A stretch of DNA of 34,399 bases from Pseudomonadales bacterium (GTDB lineage: Bacteria; Pseudomonadota; Gammaproteobacteria; Pseudomonadales; JANQMK01), in contig JANQMK010000258.1 in NCBI GenBank assembly GCA_028280085.1, positions 1 to 34,399 on the forward strand, in the 5' to 3' direction. Below, piece after piece: positions 18,937 to 29,035 of the stretch (positions are counted from its first letter, which is position 1; each line of letters starts with the position of its first letter). The notes under the pieces were generated by a model. It was given only the letters and a program-made list of their open reading frames with translations, was not told the origin of the DNA and did not search any database. The translations under genes were made by a program, and so were the position numbers.

Positions 18937-19521
18937 TTATCGTATAAGCCGAAAGGTGTTGTCGGTCGCAATCGCATCTAAATGTACATCCCATTGGTTT
19001 GAATGTAGTGACTTAACTTCTTGGCAACTGTGGGCGACACCTATCAGTATTGGGCGGGTATTGGAATTTTTTTTGAAGGCAAATGCCCTATCATAAAAAC
19101 CGCCACCCATACCTAACCTATGGCCTTGAATATCAAAGGCGACCAGTGGCATTAACGCTAAATCCAACTGCCAGCGTGGGTTGAGACATGGTTTTTTTAT
19201 TGCTGGCTCCAAGATACCAAAGCGGTTTTTTTTTAACGCCTTACCTTTCTGATACTCGACAAAAGCCATTTTTGTTTTTGGAAAGCCCATTAATACCGGT
19301 AAATAGCAACGCTTATATTGCCGCAAGGCTATGGCGATGAGTATGCCAGGATCGATCTCGCCATCGTTTGGCAAGTAGAATGCGATACGCCTACTGTATA
19401 GAAAAAGTGGTTGAGTTTTTAATACATTGGTGAGCCTGAAAGCTGCTTTTTTTTGCTGGTGCTTGGTGAGGTTACGGCGCGTTCGGCGGATTTGAGCGCG
19501 TATTGTATTTTTATCTTGCAT
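18937..19521 (-). CDS. ygfA: 5-formyltetrahydrofolate cyclo-ligase
   Basis: YLPNDGEID, NRFGILEP, PLVAFD, RLGMGGGFYDR and WDVHLD; downstream of 6S RNA as is typical. Confidence 0.95.
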   Translation of the reverse strand: MQDKNTIRAQIRRTRRNLTKHQQKKAAFRLTNVLKTQPLFLYSRRIAFYLPNDGEIDPGILIAIALRQYKRCYLPVLMGFPKTKMAFVEYQKGKALKKNRFGILEPAIKKPCLNPRWQLDLALMPLVAFDIQGHRLGMGGGFYDRAFAFKKNSNTRPILIGVAHSCQEVKSLHSNQWDVHLDAIATDNTFRLIR

Positions 19522-19690
19522 ACGAGACTAGGTGATTTTGTTGGCGACAAGAGCTCTGCAAACGGGTGACAATACTCCTGGGCCGTAGCGTTGCAATTAT
19601 GGAACAATAACTTACAACGAGCAATGGACATAACAGCGAGCTACCAACGCGTAGCATGAAGTGCTAACACGTGGTAATTGAAGAAGTAAA

Positions 19691-19871
19691 AACGCTACCC
19701 AAGGTGCCGCTGTCAGACAAAGCCTTGAACCCGACGGTTCAAGGGGGTGGTTCCTGTGATGTTTTAGGCTTTCCGTCTTGCGGACCTGCACACTGACAAC
19801 CCGAGGAACCTCCAAAATTATGGATATCGGCTCGAGGATTTGCTGACTGGCAAACTCCTCAGGTGAGCGTT
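19691..19871 (-). ncRNA. ssrS: 6S RNA
   Basis: The reverse complement contains GAGCCGATAT, GGTCCG...AAGCCTAAAAC and CCTTGAACC-GTC-GGGTTCAAGG, with complementary ends (AACGCTCACCTGAGG / CCTTGGGTAGCGTT). About 180 nt, in the conserved zapA-ssrS-ygfA position. Confidence 0.95.
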
Positions 19872-19878
19872 GAATTTA

Positions 19879-19884
19879 AGTATA
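19879..19884 (-). promoter_or_regulatory. Sigma70 -10 box of 6S RNA
   Basis: TATACT on the minus strand, 7 nt upstream of the predicted 5' end. Confidence 0.55.
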
Positions 19885-19977
19885 TCGCAACTTTTGCATT
19901 GTTAGAAAAAAAAATTTATTGGCGAAAAGATAACAGATATAAAACAAAGTCAATACTTTTTTTGAACTATTCTGAGG

Positions 19978-20283
19978 TCAGAGCTCTATTTGACTGTATT
20001 TAACGAGAACCTGATCGATTTTATCGCAAAGGCCATGGATCTTAGTTTCTTGCTCATTGGCAAATAGATCTTGTTTGGCTAGCAATTCATTGGCCAAATT
20101 TAAAGCTGCCATAACGGCTATACGCTCAGTGCCAATGACATTACCGGTTTCTCGAATTTGGCGCATTTTTTGATCTAACAACAAAGCTGACTGATGTAAG
20201 TCCTTTTCCTCCTCAGGCGGACAGCTCACCTGGTAATCCTTATCTAGTATGCTAACACTGACCGTTTTATTCATTGTGCTCAC
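19978..20283 (-). CDS. zapA: Cell division protein ZapA
   Basis: VSILDKDYQVSCP and ERIAVMAALNLANELL; GTG start behind AAGGAA. Confidence 0.93.
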   Translation of the reverse strand: MSTMNKTVSVSILDKDYQVSCPPEEEKDLHQSALLLDQKMRQIRETGNVIGTERIAVMAALNLANELLAKQDLFANEQETKIHGLCDKIDQVLVKYSQIEL

Positions 20284-20505
20284 GGTGTTTCCTTTTTGTT
20301 ACGCTTAATTTATTTACCTTAAATAAATGCGGATTAACAATTTCCTAGTACTTTGGTAATCGATGACTAGTACTTAATGATACCGTTGGGCGACGGTGGT
20401 TTTAGTGACTGGCCCACAATACACAATAACAATAATAGGTATTTGATGAGTCAAATTAATACCATTTGCAAGTAACTAACTTAACATCAACAATGAGCAA
20501 TTTCA

Positions 20506-20715
20506 TTAAGACGGGCTTTCTAGTGTTTTCAGTTGATTAATCATGTCAGTAATGCGTTTTTTAGCAGATTCATTTTTGCTAATAAGTTGCTGCTTTTCTG
20601 CTGTCCATTGGGCTTGCGCATCTTTAAGCGATTTGTTTTCTTCATCCATGTGTTTGCATAATAGAATTAGATCGTTTATTTTTTGTTCTAATAATTTTAT
20701 TGTTTGGTTACTCAT
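20506..20715 (-). CDS. TIGR02449-family coiled-coil protein (ZapB-like)
   Basis: 69-aa coiled coil (LEQKINDLI...EENKSLK...W...LISKNESAKKRITDMINQLKTLE) upstream of zapA. Confidence 0.8.
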   Translation of the reverse strand: MSNQTIKLLEQKINDLILLCKHMDEENKSLKDAQAQWTAEKQQLISKNESAKKRITDMINQLKTLESPS

Positions 20716-21033
20716 TATAGCTGCTCATTATCCCTTGGCACTTTTTACTCAAATGTTACTCAAATGATTTAACGTCGAGATCTCAGCGCAATATTAACCG
20801 CAACACTAATATTAAACCACGCTACTAGTTAACTAAACCGAGGTACTACATCCTAACACCTACCACAGCTGAAATGAGATTGCAGTAACGCCGGTTAACC
20901 TACTTAGCTTTTGCAAATGCTAATATAGTCTAGTCATCCTAATAGTCGCGGGTCAATTACTTGTGTGACTCTGCTAGCGATGTGTTTTAGTATGGTCCTT
21001 TGTTAAATCGGCTAGGGGAGTTATATTCGTCAA

Positions 21034-21636
21034 ATGAAATCAGCTAATCATGACCCGGCAGCAATAATCTATGACGATGTAGTCGACTTAGTGGAAGAGC
21101 TGGATGCTAATTGCACAGCTGAAGAGCTGCACGGCATGGCCGCTGGACAAATTGCTGCAGCTAAAGTTAACTCAGATGAGGCCTGGCTGAAAACGTCTGC
21201 TGAGTTCATGGATATTGACGACAGTTTTTGTCCCGCTGTAGCACGACGTGAATTAATTGCGCTTTATCGTCAGCTTGAAGTAGCTTTAAAAGACCCTGAT
21301 CTGGGTTTCTGCTTATTGCTACCTAGTGATGATAAAGAACCTGTTGCAGTTAGAGCGGTTGCACTAGGGCGTTGGTGTCAGGGCTTTCTCGTCGGTTTTG
21401 GTATGGCGGGCGTTAATCGAGATATGCTGGGCGAAGAGCTCGCCGGTGCGTTAAAGGATATTGCGGCCATTTCTCAAGTTAGGCCGGATGAAGCAGATTC
21501 TGAAGAAAATGAAAAGAGTTTTGTGTCGTTAACTGAATATGTCCGTATTGTCGTGTTAAACATATTTGTTTTGATGATTGAGAAGTCTCGTCATGCGTCA
21601 AACAGTTCGGGCGGAGAAACAGGTCAGATTCACTAG
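21034..21636 (+). CDS. ygfB: UPF0149 family protein (YgfB/YecA)
   Basis: ELHGMAAG, LLLPSDD, ALGRWCQGFLVGFG and EYVR; precedes pepP. Confidence 0.88.
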   Translation: MKSANHDPAAIIYDDVVDLVEELDANCTAEELHGMAAGQIAAAKVNSDEAWLKTSAEFMDIDDSFCPAVARRELIALYRQLEVALKDPDLGFCLLLPSDDKEPVAVRAVALGRWCQGFLVGFGMAGVNRDMLGEELAGALKDIAAISQVRPDEADSEENEKSFVSLTEYVRIVVLNIFVLMIEKSRHASNSSGGETGQIH

Positions 21637-21736
21637 CGCCGATGTTATATGTCTCTGCCTCTAGCGGTCCAGGCAGTGGTCCACTAGGCGTAGAATACTT
21701 GTAAAAGATGTAAATAGTTTTTATTGAGTGATTATC

Positions 21737-23050
21737 ATGAGAGTAACCAAGCAGGAATTTGCTGCGCGTCGTAAGCGGCTGATGGATCTTATGGGAAGTA
21801 ATAGTATTGCTATCGTTCCCGCTGCAATAGAGCGTATTCGCAACAGAGATGTCGAATATTACTATCGACAAGATAGCGATTTTTATTATTTGTCGGGCTT
21901 TGATGAAGCGCGCGCTGTGCTGGTGTTGATGCCGGGTAGGGAGCATGGCGAGTATGTTATGTTTTGCCAAGAAAAAGATCGAGAAAAAGAGCAGTGGACT
22001 GGCTATCGCGTCGGGCCAGAGGCATTTGTAGAGCAATATAGTGCAGATGATGCTTTCCCTATAGGCGATCTAGACGAGATTTTACCGGGCCTGATAGAGG
22101 GAACAGACCGGGTCTACTATTCGATGGGACGTGACCCAGAGTTTGATCGGCAGGTTATGGCCTGGCTCAATACTATTCGGGCGAAAACACGGTCTGGTGC
22201 GACACCCCCGGGTGAGTTTGTTGATCTCAATCATTTTTTGCATGACATGCGTTTATATAAAAGTGCGGCTGAAGTCAGGGTAATGCGTGAAGCCGGACAG
22301 ATATCTGCTGAAGCGCATAAAAAAGCAATGACTATTTGTCAGCCCGGAATGAAAGAGTATGAGTTAGAAGCAGAAATTGTAAATCATTTTATGAAGTCTG
22401 GGTGCCGTTGGGAAGCCTATTTATCCATTGTTGGTTCGGGTAGCAATGCTTGTATTCTACATTACACTGCTAACCGGGATGTAATGAAGGACGGTGATCT
22501 AGTACTGATTGATGCGGGTTGTGAGCTAGAATATTACGCAGCAGATATTACCAGGACATTCCCCGTTAATGGTAAATTCTCGCCAGAGCAAGCGGCCATT
22601 TATAACTTGGTGTTAAAGGCTCAACTGGCTTCTATTGCCACTGTTAAGCCCGGTGAACATTGGAATCGAGCCAATGAGGTAGTGATTGATATAATTACTG
22701 CGGGTTTAGTAGAGCTTGGTTTACTCGAAGGTGATGTTGATGAGCTGATTGAGAAGGAGGTTTATAAGGCATACTATATGCACCGCGCCGGACATTGGTT
22801 GGGTATGGACGTGCACGATGTTGGTGACTACAAGGTGGATGGTGAGTGGCGTCTACTGGAGCCCGGCATGGTGCTTACCGTCGAGCCGGGAATTTATATT
22901 TCACCAGATGATGAAACGGTAGAAGCTAAGTGGCGTGGTATTGGCGTGCGTATTGAAGATGATGTTTTGGTGACAAAGAATGGCAATGAAGTAATGACCG
23001 CCGATGTACCAAAACACATTGATGAGATTGAACGCCTAATGGCTGGTTGA
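21737..23050 (+). CDS. pepP: Xaa-Pro aminopeptidase
   Basis: RQDSDFYYLSGF, ACILHY, LIDAG, ADITRTFP, GHWLGMDVHDVG, TVEPGIY and GVRIEDD. Start is ATG 21737 or GTG 21728. Confidence 0.97.
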   Translation: MRVTKQEFAARRKRLMDLMGSNSIAIVPAAIERIRNRDVEYYYRQDSDFYYLSGFDEARAVLVLMPGREHGEYVMFCQEKDREKEQWTGYRVGPEAFVEQYSADDAFPIGDLDEILPGLIEGTDRVYYSMGRDPEFDRQVMAWLNTIRAKTRSGATPPGEFVDLNHFLHDMRLYKSAAEVRVMREAGQISAEAHKKAMTICQPGMKEYELEAEIVNHFMKSGCRWEAYLSIVGSGSNACILHYTANRDVMKDGDLVLIDAGCELEYYAADITRTFPVNGKFSPEQAAIYNLVLKAQLASIATVKPGEHWNRANEVVIDIITAGLVELGLLEGDVDELIEKEVYKAYYMHRAGHWLGMDVHDVGDYKVDGEWRLLEPGMVLTVEPGIYISPDDETVEAKWRGIGVRIEDDVLVTKNGNEVMTADVPKHIDEIERLMAG

Positions 23051-23192
23051 CGACTTGTAAATCTGTCTGAGCCAACTCGTCATCAACTTACTTATATCGT
23101 GTTGCCGTTTACTGCAGAACATCAGTATTGCAACGCTAACATTGCACCAAGATCTCGACGTTAAGATTACAACCACAAAGACTTGATTAACC

Positions 23193-24482
23193 ATGCTTGA
23201 TCGAAATGCTTTCTCCACAAATGAACAGTTGTCAGCTGACATTGTCATTGTTGGTGGTGGTCTCGTTGGCGCAAGTCTGGCTTGCAGTTTGGCTTATCAC
23301 TGTGCTGACTTGCATATTGTTGTACTAGAAGCTCAGCCGGTACCGCCTCCGCGCAGCGATATTGAGCTGAATGCGGCTCGTCATACCAGTTACGACACGC
23401 GTGGTACGGCATTATCCTATGGTACGCGACAGATTTATGAACAGATAGGGATTTGGCCCCAATTGGCCCGTTATGCAAATCCTATCCATACCGTACATAT
23501 TTCCGATAAGAATCACCTCGGTAACGCTCAAATAAGTAAAGATGAAGAAGGTTTAGATGCACTAGGTTATGTCGTAGAAAATCAGTGTATTGGCCCAATA
23601 CTGTTACAAGCCATAGCGGCCGCTGACAATATTCAGTGGTATAGCCCTGCGGTTGTTAAAAAGCTTACGAAGTTAGCTGATTCGACTCAGGTAGTTGTTA
23701 GCGGAGAAGCTATAAATGCCACATTTGATGCCCAATTAGTGGTGATTTGTGATGGCGCAGATTCTCCGTTACGCAATCAGCTTGGCATCAGTACTGATGA
23801 GCGGAGCTACCACCAGCACGCAATTATTGCCAACGTTTCCACTTCGCTGCCAAATAATCATGTGGCCTACGAACGTTTTACTGATACGGGGCCAATGGCG
23901 TTGTTGCCATTAGCTGAATTCAATCCAGGAGATAACGTTGGCCGAAGTCTTTACCGAAGCGCATTAGTCTGGACCTTGCCAAGTGGTTGTGTAAAAGAGG
24001 TACTAGATTTGGATGATGATAGTTTTTTGCAGCGGCTACAACAGCGTTTTGGCAATCGTTTGGGTGAGTTTACCTGTGTTGGTAAGCGTTTTAACTACCC
24101 GCTGAGTTTAGTTGCAGCAACAGAACAAGTTCGGTCAGGGCTAGTGGTTATGGGTAATGCTGCCCACTCTCTACATCCGGTGGCGGGCCAAGGTTACAAT
24201 TTGGCAATGCGGGATGTGCACTGGTTGTCATGTGTTTTAGCTAATGCGGCAAAAAATAATGAGCCGTTAGGTTCGCTGACGGTGCTCAGACGTTATATAA
24301 ATCAACAGAAAGTTGATCAGCAGCGAGTGCTAGAATTTAGCGATAAGGTTGTAAAACTATTTTCCAATAATAATAAAATATTAACACTAGGTAGAAACTT
24401 GGGCTTAATTGCACTTGATTTATTGCCTGGCATAAAGCCTGTATTTGTTCGCTATGCAATGGGTATGCACGCTACCATATGA
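23193..24482 (+). CDS. ubiH: 2-octaprenyl-6-methoxyphenol hydroxylase
   Basis: GGGLVG, AYERFTDTGPMALLP and GNAAHSLHPVAGQGYNL; follows pepP. Confidence 0.92.
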   Translation: MLDRNAFSTNEQLSADIVIVGGGLVGASLACSLAYHCADLHIVVLEAQPVPPPRSDIELNAARHTSYDTRGTALSYGTRQIYEQIGIWPQLARYANPIHTVHISDKNHLGNAQISKDEEGLDALGYVVENQCIGPILLQAIAAADNIQWYSPAVVKKLTKLADSTQVVVSGEAINATFDAQLVVICDGADSPLRNQLGISTDERSYHQHAIIANVSTSLPNNHVAYERFTDTGPMALLPLAEFNPGDNVGRSLYRSALVWTLPSGCVKEVLDLDDDSFLQRLQQRFGNRLGEFTCVGKRFNYPLSLVAATEQVRSGLVVMGNAAHSLHPVAGQGYNLAMRDVHWLSCVLANAAKNNEPLGSLTVLRRYINQQKVDQQRVLEFSDKVVKLFSNNNKILTLGRNLGLIALDLLPGIKPVFVRYAMGMHATI

Positions 24483-24566
24483 TCGCAATGGTAAGGTTAG
24501 ATAAATAACTAAACTGTAAGACCATATAACAGGTCTGTAAAAAAACTAGTGGAATCAGTAAAGATA

Positions 24567-25850
24567 ATGGCACAACATACTACATCAGCAAATAGCAAAG
24601 AATATGATATCATCATTATTGGTGGTGGCATGGTTGGCATGACGCTGGCGTGCTTACTATCTAAGATAGAGCAAACCAAGTCGATGCGCATTGCAATTGT
24701 TGAAGCGCAAGCGCTAGATCTTAAGGTGGCAGAGCCGATATATTGTGGAACTGAATTTGATGCCAGGGTTAGCGCATTAAATTCTGCCTCGCAATCGCTG
24801 TTGCAAGCGATTGGTGCCTGGCCGGCTGTTCACGGGATGAGGGTGTGTCCTTACGATTATATGTCGGTATGGGATGCCGAAGGCACGGGCTCAATTAGCT
24901 TTGATGCCAATGAAGTCGGGCGCCCTTGTTTAGGGCATATTGTTGAGAATTCTGTTATCGCTTGTGCATTGCGGAAAACCCTATCGGGGTTAGACAATAT
25001 GTCTGTTTTGTCATCCCATAAAGTTGTTGATGTTGAGCTAAATATTGCTGAGGACGTTTTTACTGCTGATTCGTGTAATGGCATTATTCTTAATGATGGG
25101 CAGCGGTTGTTGGGGCGATTAGTTGTGGCGGCTGATGGTGCTTTATCTGCGACACGCCAGTTAGCTGGTTTTTCAATGCGTGAATGGGACTATAACCACA
25201 ACGCTATTGTCACTACGGTAAAGACAGAGTTGCCTCATCGGTTCACTGCCTGGCAGCGATTTCTGCCAGAAGGCCCCCTGGCCTTTTTGCCATTAATAGA
25301 GGCGAATGATTGTGATAATCGTACTCACTCTCACTATAGCTCAATTGTTTGGTCTGCCCAGACTCAGTATGCAGAAAATCTAATGCGTCTGGATGACGAT
25401 GGTTTTATGTTATCGTTAGCGGCTGCATTCGAGCATCGTTTAGGACGTGTGGAACAGGTTGCCAAAAGATTTACCTTTCCCTTGCGTCAACGTTATGCGA
25501 AAAGCTATTTCCGACCGGGCTTGGTTTTAGTTGGCGATGCCGCTCACACCATTCATCCGTTAGCTGGTCAAGGTGTTAATCTCGGTTTTGCAGATGCGAA
25601 AGTACTAGCAGAGGAAATAGAACGGGCGTTGCAGCGTAGTATCCCGTTGGCGCATCAGTCTATTTTGCGGCGTTATCAACGCCGACGCATGGCTAAGAAT
25701 ATGACGGCAATGGGTGTCATGGAAGGCTTTAAACGCTTATTTGAGCAGACTGAATTGCCGATCCGCTGGCTTCGGAATGAGGGTATGCGTCAACTAGATA
25801 ACCTGACTAGTGTGAAACGGCAACTTATCAAGCAAGCAATGGGTACGTAG
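24567..25850 (+). CDS. ubiI: UbiH/UbiF/VisC-family FAD-dependent ubiquinone hydroxylase (UbiI/VisC-like)
   Basis: GGGMVG, DARVSAL, AWQRFLPEGPLAFLP and GDAAHTIHPLAGQGVNLG; immediately after ubiH. Start is ATG 24567 or GTG 24549. Confidence 0.8.
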   Translation: MAQHTTSANSKEYDIIIIGGGMVGMTLACLLSKIEQTKSMRIAIVEAQALDLKVAEPIYCGTEFDARVSALNSASQSLLQAIGAWPAVHGMRVCPYDYMSVWDAEGTGSISFDANEVGRPCLGHIVENSVIACALRKTLSGLDNMSVLSSHKVVDVELNIAEDVFTADSCNGIILNDGQRLLGRLVVAADGALSATRQLAGFSMREWDYNHNAIVTTVKTELPHRFTAWQRFLPEGPLAFLPLIEANDCDNRTHSHYSSIVWSAQTQYAENLMRLDDDGFMLSLAAAFEHRLGRVEQVAKRFTFPLRQRYAKSYFRPGLVLVGDAAHTIHPLAGQGVNLGFADAKVLAEEIERALQRSIPLAHQSILRRYQRRRMAKNMTAMGVMEGFKRLFEQTELPIRWLRNEGMRQLDNLTSVKRQLIKQAMGT

Positions 25851-26233
25851 TCGAACGGGACTATTATTTATTCTTTAATCAGCGTTTTTTGCCTGATTTT
25901 TATCTAAATACAAGCTGATCAGCAAGTGCCAGTAAGGTGTTGTAGTCAGAATGATCAATTACCAGAATAGCCCCTACGGCGTTTTTTAAAGGAATTTGGC
26001 AGATAAAAGATTGCCAAAAAATTGTTTTTAGGCAACCTTAGCGGTTACAATCTCAGCACGACGTACCATACGCTGTCTATGTTGTAATATGTCGCTTTGT
26101 CAGTCATTGACGTTTTACAGTATTGAATAAAACAATATTGGACAAATTTTTTGTGTTGCACCTGTTGAGAAATTAGATCGCCGTTAGGCACATATGTTGG
26201 CAGGGTGGGTTTTAGTTAGCTTGGAGAAGATTG

Positions 26234-26626
26234 ATGAGCCAAACACCGAAAGAATTTAAATATATGCCATCCCATGAGTGGGCTCGTTTGGAGGCTGATG
26301 TGGTAACTGTTGGCATTACAGACCATGCTCAGCAGGCGCTTGGTGACGTTGTTTATGTCGAGACGCCAGAGGTTGGTGCAACTGTCACTGCAAATGAAGA
26401 AGCGGGTGTAGTTGAATCGGTAAAGGCAGCGTCTGATATTTTTTCGCCTGTCTCCGGTGAAGTCATTGAAGTTAATGAAGTACTTGAGGACGAGCCGGAA
26501 ATTATTAATCGAGAACCGTATACTGATGGCTGGTTCTTTAAAGTCAAGGCGTCTGATTTATCTGAGCTGGACGATCTTTTGAGTGCAGAGGATTATGCTC
26601 AGCAGTGTGAAGCGGACGAGGATTGA
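26234..26626 (+). CDS. gcvH: Glycine cleavage system H protein (lipoyl carrier)
   Basis: [31 protein letters not shown] (lipoyl-Lys) and PYTDGWFFK; GGAG RBS. Confidence 0.97.
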   Translation: MSQTPKEFKYMPSHEWARLEADVVTVGITDHAQQALGDVVYVETPEVGATVTANEEAGVVESVKAASDIFSPVSGEVIEVNEVLEDEPEIINREPYTDGWFFKVKASDLSELDDLLSAEDYAQQCEADED

Positions 26627-26651
26627 CGTAGCATATCGGTGTGAATGCGAG

Positions 26652-26701
26652 CGCTAACAATAAAAAGCCGCAAATTAATTTGCGGCTTTTTATTGTTAGC
26701 G
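26652..26701. terminator. Perfect 50-bp palindrome, probably a bidirectional intrinsic terminator
   Basis: CGCTAACAATAAAAAGCCGCAAATT|AATTTGCGGCTTTTTATTGTTAGCG; GC-rich core flanked by A5 and T5 tracts. Confidence 0.8.
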
Positions 26702-26959
26702 TGTTGCGTGTTACGAAACGGTTGAGTAGTAAGGGATATGTTTCTAGTTAGTTAGCGGCTCTCTAGATTTATCTTATTACAACAGCGGCGTTTTAATAAC
26801 AACTGAGGCATTAATCGCTGTCAGTCATCTAAAAAATTTGCGATCCTCCATTTGTCTAATAGCCTAAGAAATATCAAGTCACGTAATGTAACTGAGCTAG
26901 TTGGTTTATCTTGGTGGATGAAACATATAATCATATCGGTCATCATGTAGGGATAAAAA

Positions 26960-28153
26960 ATGTCGTTAGCCCCCATTTGGTTGCACGCTAGAGCAGACCG
27001 TCGCCTACGAATGGGCCATCTTTGGCTGTACAGTAATGAAGTCGATACACAGCGCTCACCCTTAGCATCGTTTCAGCCGGGCCAGCAAGCTGTAGTAATG
27101 AACCACCAGGGTAAGGCTTTGGGGGTTGCCATCATCAATCCTAATACACTGATATGTGGACGTCTTGTCAGTCATGATGCCCGCATATTATTAAATAAAT
27201 CCCTGTTGGTTCATCGCCTTAACATTGCGCTAAAATTGCGGCAAACATGTTTCGACAAGCCTTACTATCGTTTGGTTTATGGTGACAGTGATTTATTGCC
27301 GGGCCTTATCGTAGATCGCTTTGATGATATCTGCGTGGTACAAATAACAACAGCGGGTATGGAATTGTTGCGCTCGGATATCATGGATGCTTTAGTCAAA
27401 GTTATCCGACCCCGTGGTGTACTAATCAAGAATACGTCAGCGGTGCGGGAGATGGAGGGATTAACTCGCTATGTTGAAGTTGGCTATGGCGTAGTTCCTG
27501 AAAGGATAACACTGCAAGAAAATAACACTTTATTTTGGGCTCCATTGCATGAAGGGCAAAAAACAGGTTGGTTTTACGACCATCGTCTCGCACGACATAA
27601 GATGCAGCGCTATGCTCAAGGGCAGCGGGTCTTGGATGTGTTTAGCTATATCGGAGGATGGGGCATACAGGCACTTAAAGCTGGCGCCAGTCAACTAGTA
27701 AATATTGATTCGTCTGAGCTAGCGTTAGCAACGTTAGATGACAACATCCAACTCAACCAGTTTAAAGACAAACATGTCAATTTAAAAGGCAACGCCGTTG
27801 ATCAAATGAATGGGCTTATCGCGGCAAAGGAAAAATTTGATATCGTGATATTAGATCCGCCAGCATTTATAAAACGTCGTAAAGATGTGAATGCTGGGGA
27901 ACGCGCCTATCGTAACATGAACGAGCTTGCCATCCGTCTATTGGCGAAAGAAGGTCTACTGATTAGTGCATCTTGTTCGATGCATTTGCCACGACAGTCC
28001 CTAGTAGATATTGTGCGTGGTGCCGGCCGACATATCGGCCGCTTTACCCAGATCATTGAACAGTATGGCCAGGGGCCAGATCATCCAGTGCATCCTGCAA
28101 TACCCGAAACTGACTACCTAAAGTCGTTGTTTGTACGTAGCCTGCAACTTTGA
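26960..28153 (+). CDS. Class I SAM-dependent rRNA methyltransferase (RlmI family)
   Basis: PUA-like N-terminus (GHLWLYSNE), SDLLPGLIVDRF, GQKTGWFYDHR, VLDVFSYIGG, ILDPPAF, DHP and YLK. Confidence 0.88.
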   Translation: MSLAPIWLHARADRRLRMGHLWLYSNEVDTQRSPLASFQPGQQAVVMNHQGKALGVAIINPNTLICGRLVSHDARILLNKSLLVHRLNIALKLRQTCFDKPYYRLVYGDSDLLPGLIVDRFDDICVVQITTAGMELLRSDIMDALVKVIRPRGVLIKNTSAVREMEGLTRYVEVGYGVVPERITLQENNTLFWAPLHEGQKTGWFYDHRLARHKMQRYAQGQRVLDVFSYIGGWGIQALKAGASQLVNIDSSELALATLDDNIQLNQFKDKHVNLKGNAVDQMNGLIAAKEKFDIVILDPPAFIKRRKDVNAGERAYRNMNELAIRLLAKEGLLISASCSMHLPRQSLVDIVRGAGRHIGRFTQIIEQYGQGPDHPVHPAIPETDYLKSLFVRSLQL

Positions 28154-28185
28154 TATTTGTTTTATGTGCTACCAGTTATTCGAGA

Positions 28186-28851
28186 CTAGGTAGATTTGTG
28201 TCGCAACGACATGATAGGCCAGTTGTGTATTTTGGCATGCTCAGCCAATTTTTCATCGGGGTCAACGGCGAATGGATTATCGACCAACTCTAGTAAGGGT
28301 AAATCGTTAATCGAGTCACTATAAAAGTAACTCCCAGCCAAGTCCAAATGTGAGTCCTTTAGCCATGCCCGAAGACGGGATACTTTGCCGTTTTGAAAGC
28401 AAGGTGTGCCGTCAGATTTGCCGGTATAAACGCCGTTTTTTATTTCTAGATTGGTTGCAAGGATTTCATCAACGCCGAGAAGTTCGGCGATCGGCTCGGT
28501 AATAAACAAATTCGTTGCGGTAATGATCAGGAGGTAATCCCCTGCCTGGCGATGATCGCGCAGTAATTTATCAGCCAAGGGTAACCGCATTGGCTCAACG
28601 TAATCTGCCATAAATTGTGCGTGCCAGGTTTTCAGTGTGCTTATAGGCTTGTTTGCTAGTGGCTTTAAGGCAAACTCCAGGTATTCGTCTATATTTAGAC
28701 TACCGTCTTGGTATTGCTTGAAAAAAAGATCATTAGACTGGCGGTAGGTAACAGGATCAACAATTTGATTTTGGATTAAAAATTCGCCCCATGCATGGTC
28801 GCTGTCGCCCGCAATGAGCGTATTATCCAGGTCAAAAATCGCAAGGCTCAT
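28186..28851 (-). CDS. HAD-IB family phosphatase, probable histidinol-phosphate phosphatase
   Basis: FDLDNTLIAGDSD, ITATN and YFYSDSINDLPLL; divergent from rppH as in Pseudomonas. Confidence 0.82.
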   Translation of the reverse strand: MSLAIFDLDNTLIAGDSDHAWGEFLIQNQIVDPVTYRQSNDLFFKQYQDGSLNIDEYLEFALKPLANKPISTLKTWHAQFMADYVEPMRLPLADKLLRDHRQAGDYLLIITATNLFITEPIAELLGVDEILATNLEIKNGVYTGKSDGTPCFQNGKVSRLRAWLKDSHLDLAGSYFYSDSINDLPLLELVDNPFAVDPDEKLAEHAKIHNWPIMSLRHKST

Positions 28852-29035
28852 ACTACTTCCTTTGTAAACTAAGACGTTGAGCCGGTTAAGGATATAGACT
28901 GATTAGCGTTGACTCAATGGTTATTTATGCGTCTTCATGGATAATTTGCTGCAAATGCCGGATTTGTGGAACAATGGCGGGTATAAGCGGCGGGTCAATG
29001 CCTAAAAATCTGGGCTCAGCTAGAGGTAGCGAGTA

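Noticed and set aside
19612-19815. 67-aa ORF between ygfA and zapA
   Set aside because: It overlaps the 6S RNA, which explains the sequence.
20415-20437. CACAATACACAATAACAATAATA as part of a CrcZ-like Hfq-sponge RNA
   Set aside because: It is a single short A-rich patch, antisense to the local genes, with no supporting promoter or terminator.
21479-22036. 185-aa minus-strand ORF spanning ygfB and pepP
   Set aside because: Antisense to two conserved genes, with no recognisable domain.
25851-26233. Glycine riboswitch or gcvT pseudogene upstream of gcvH
   Set aside because: No glycine-aptamer core motifs are visible, and the forward frames I translated near gcvH are closed by stops with no GcvT-like peptide.
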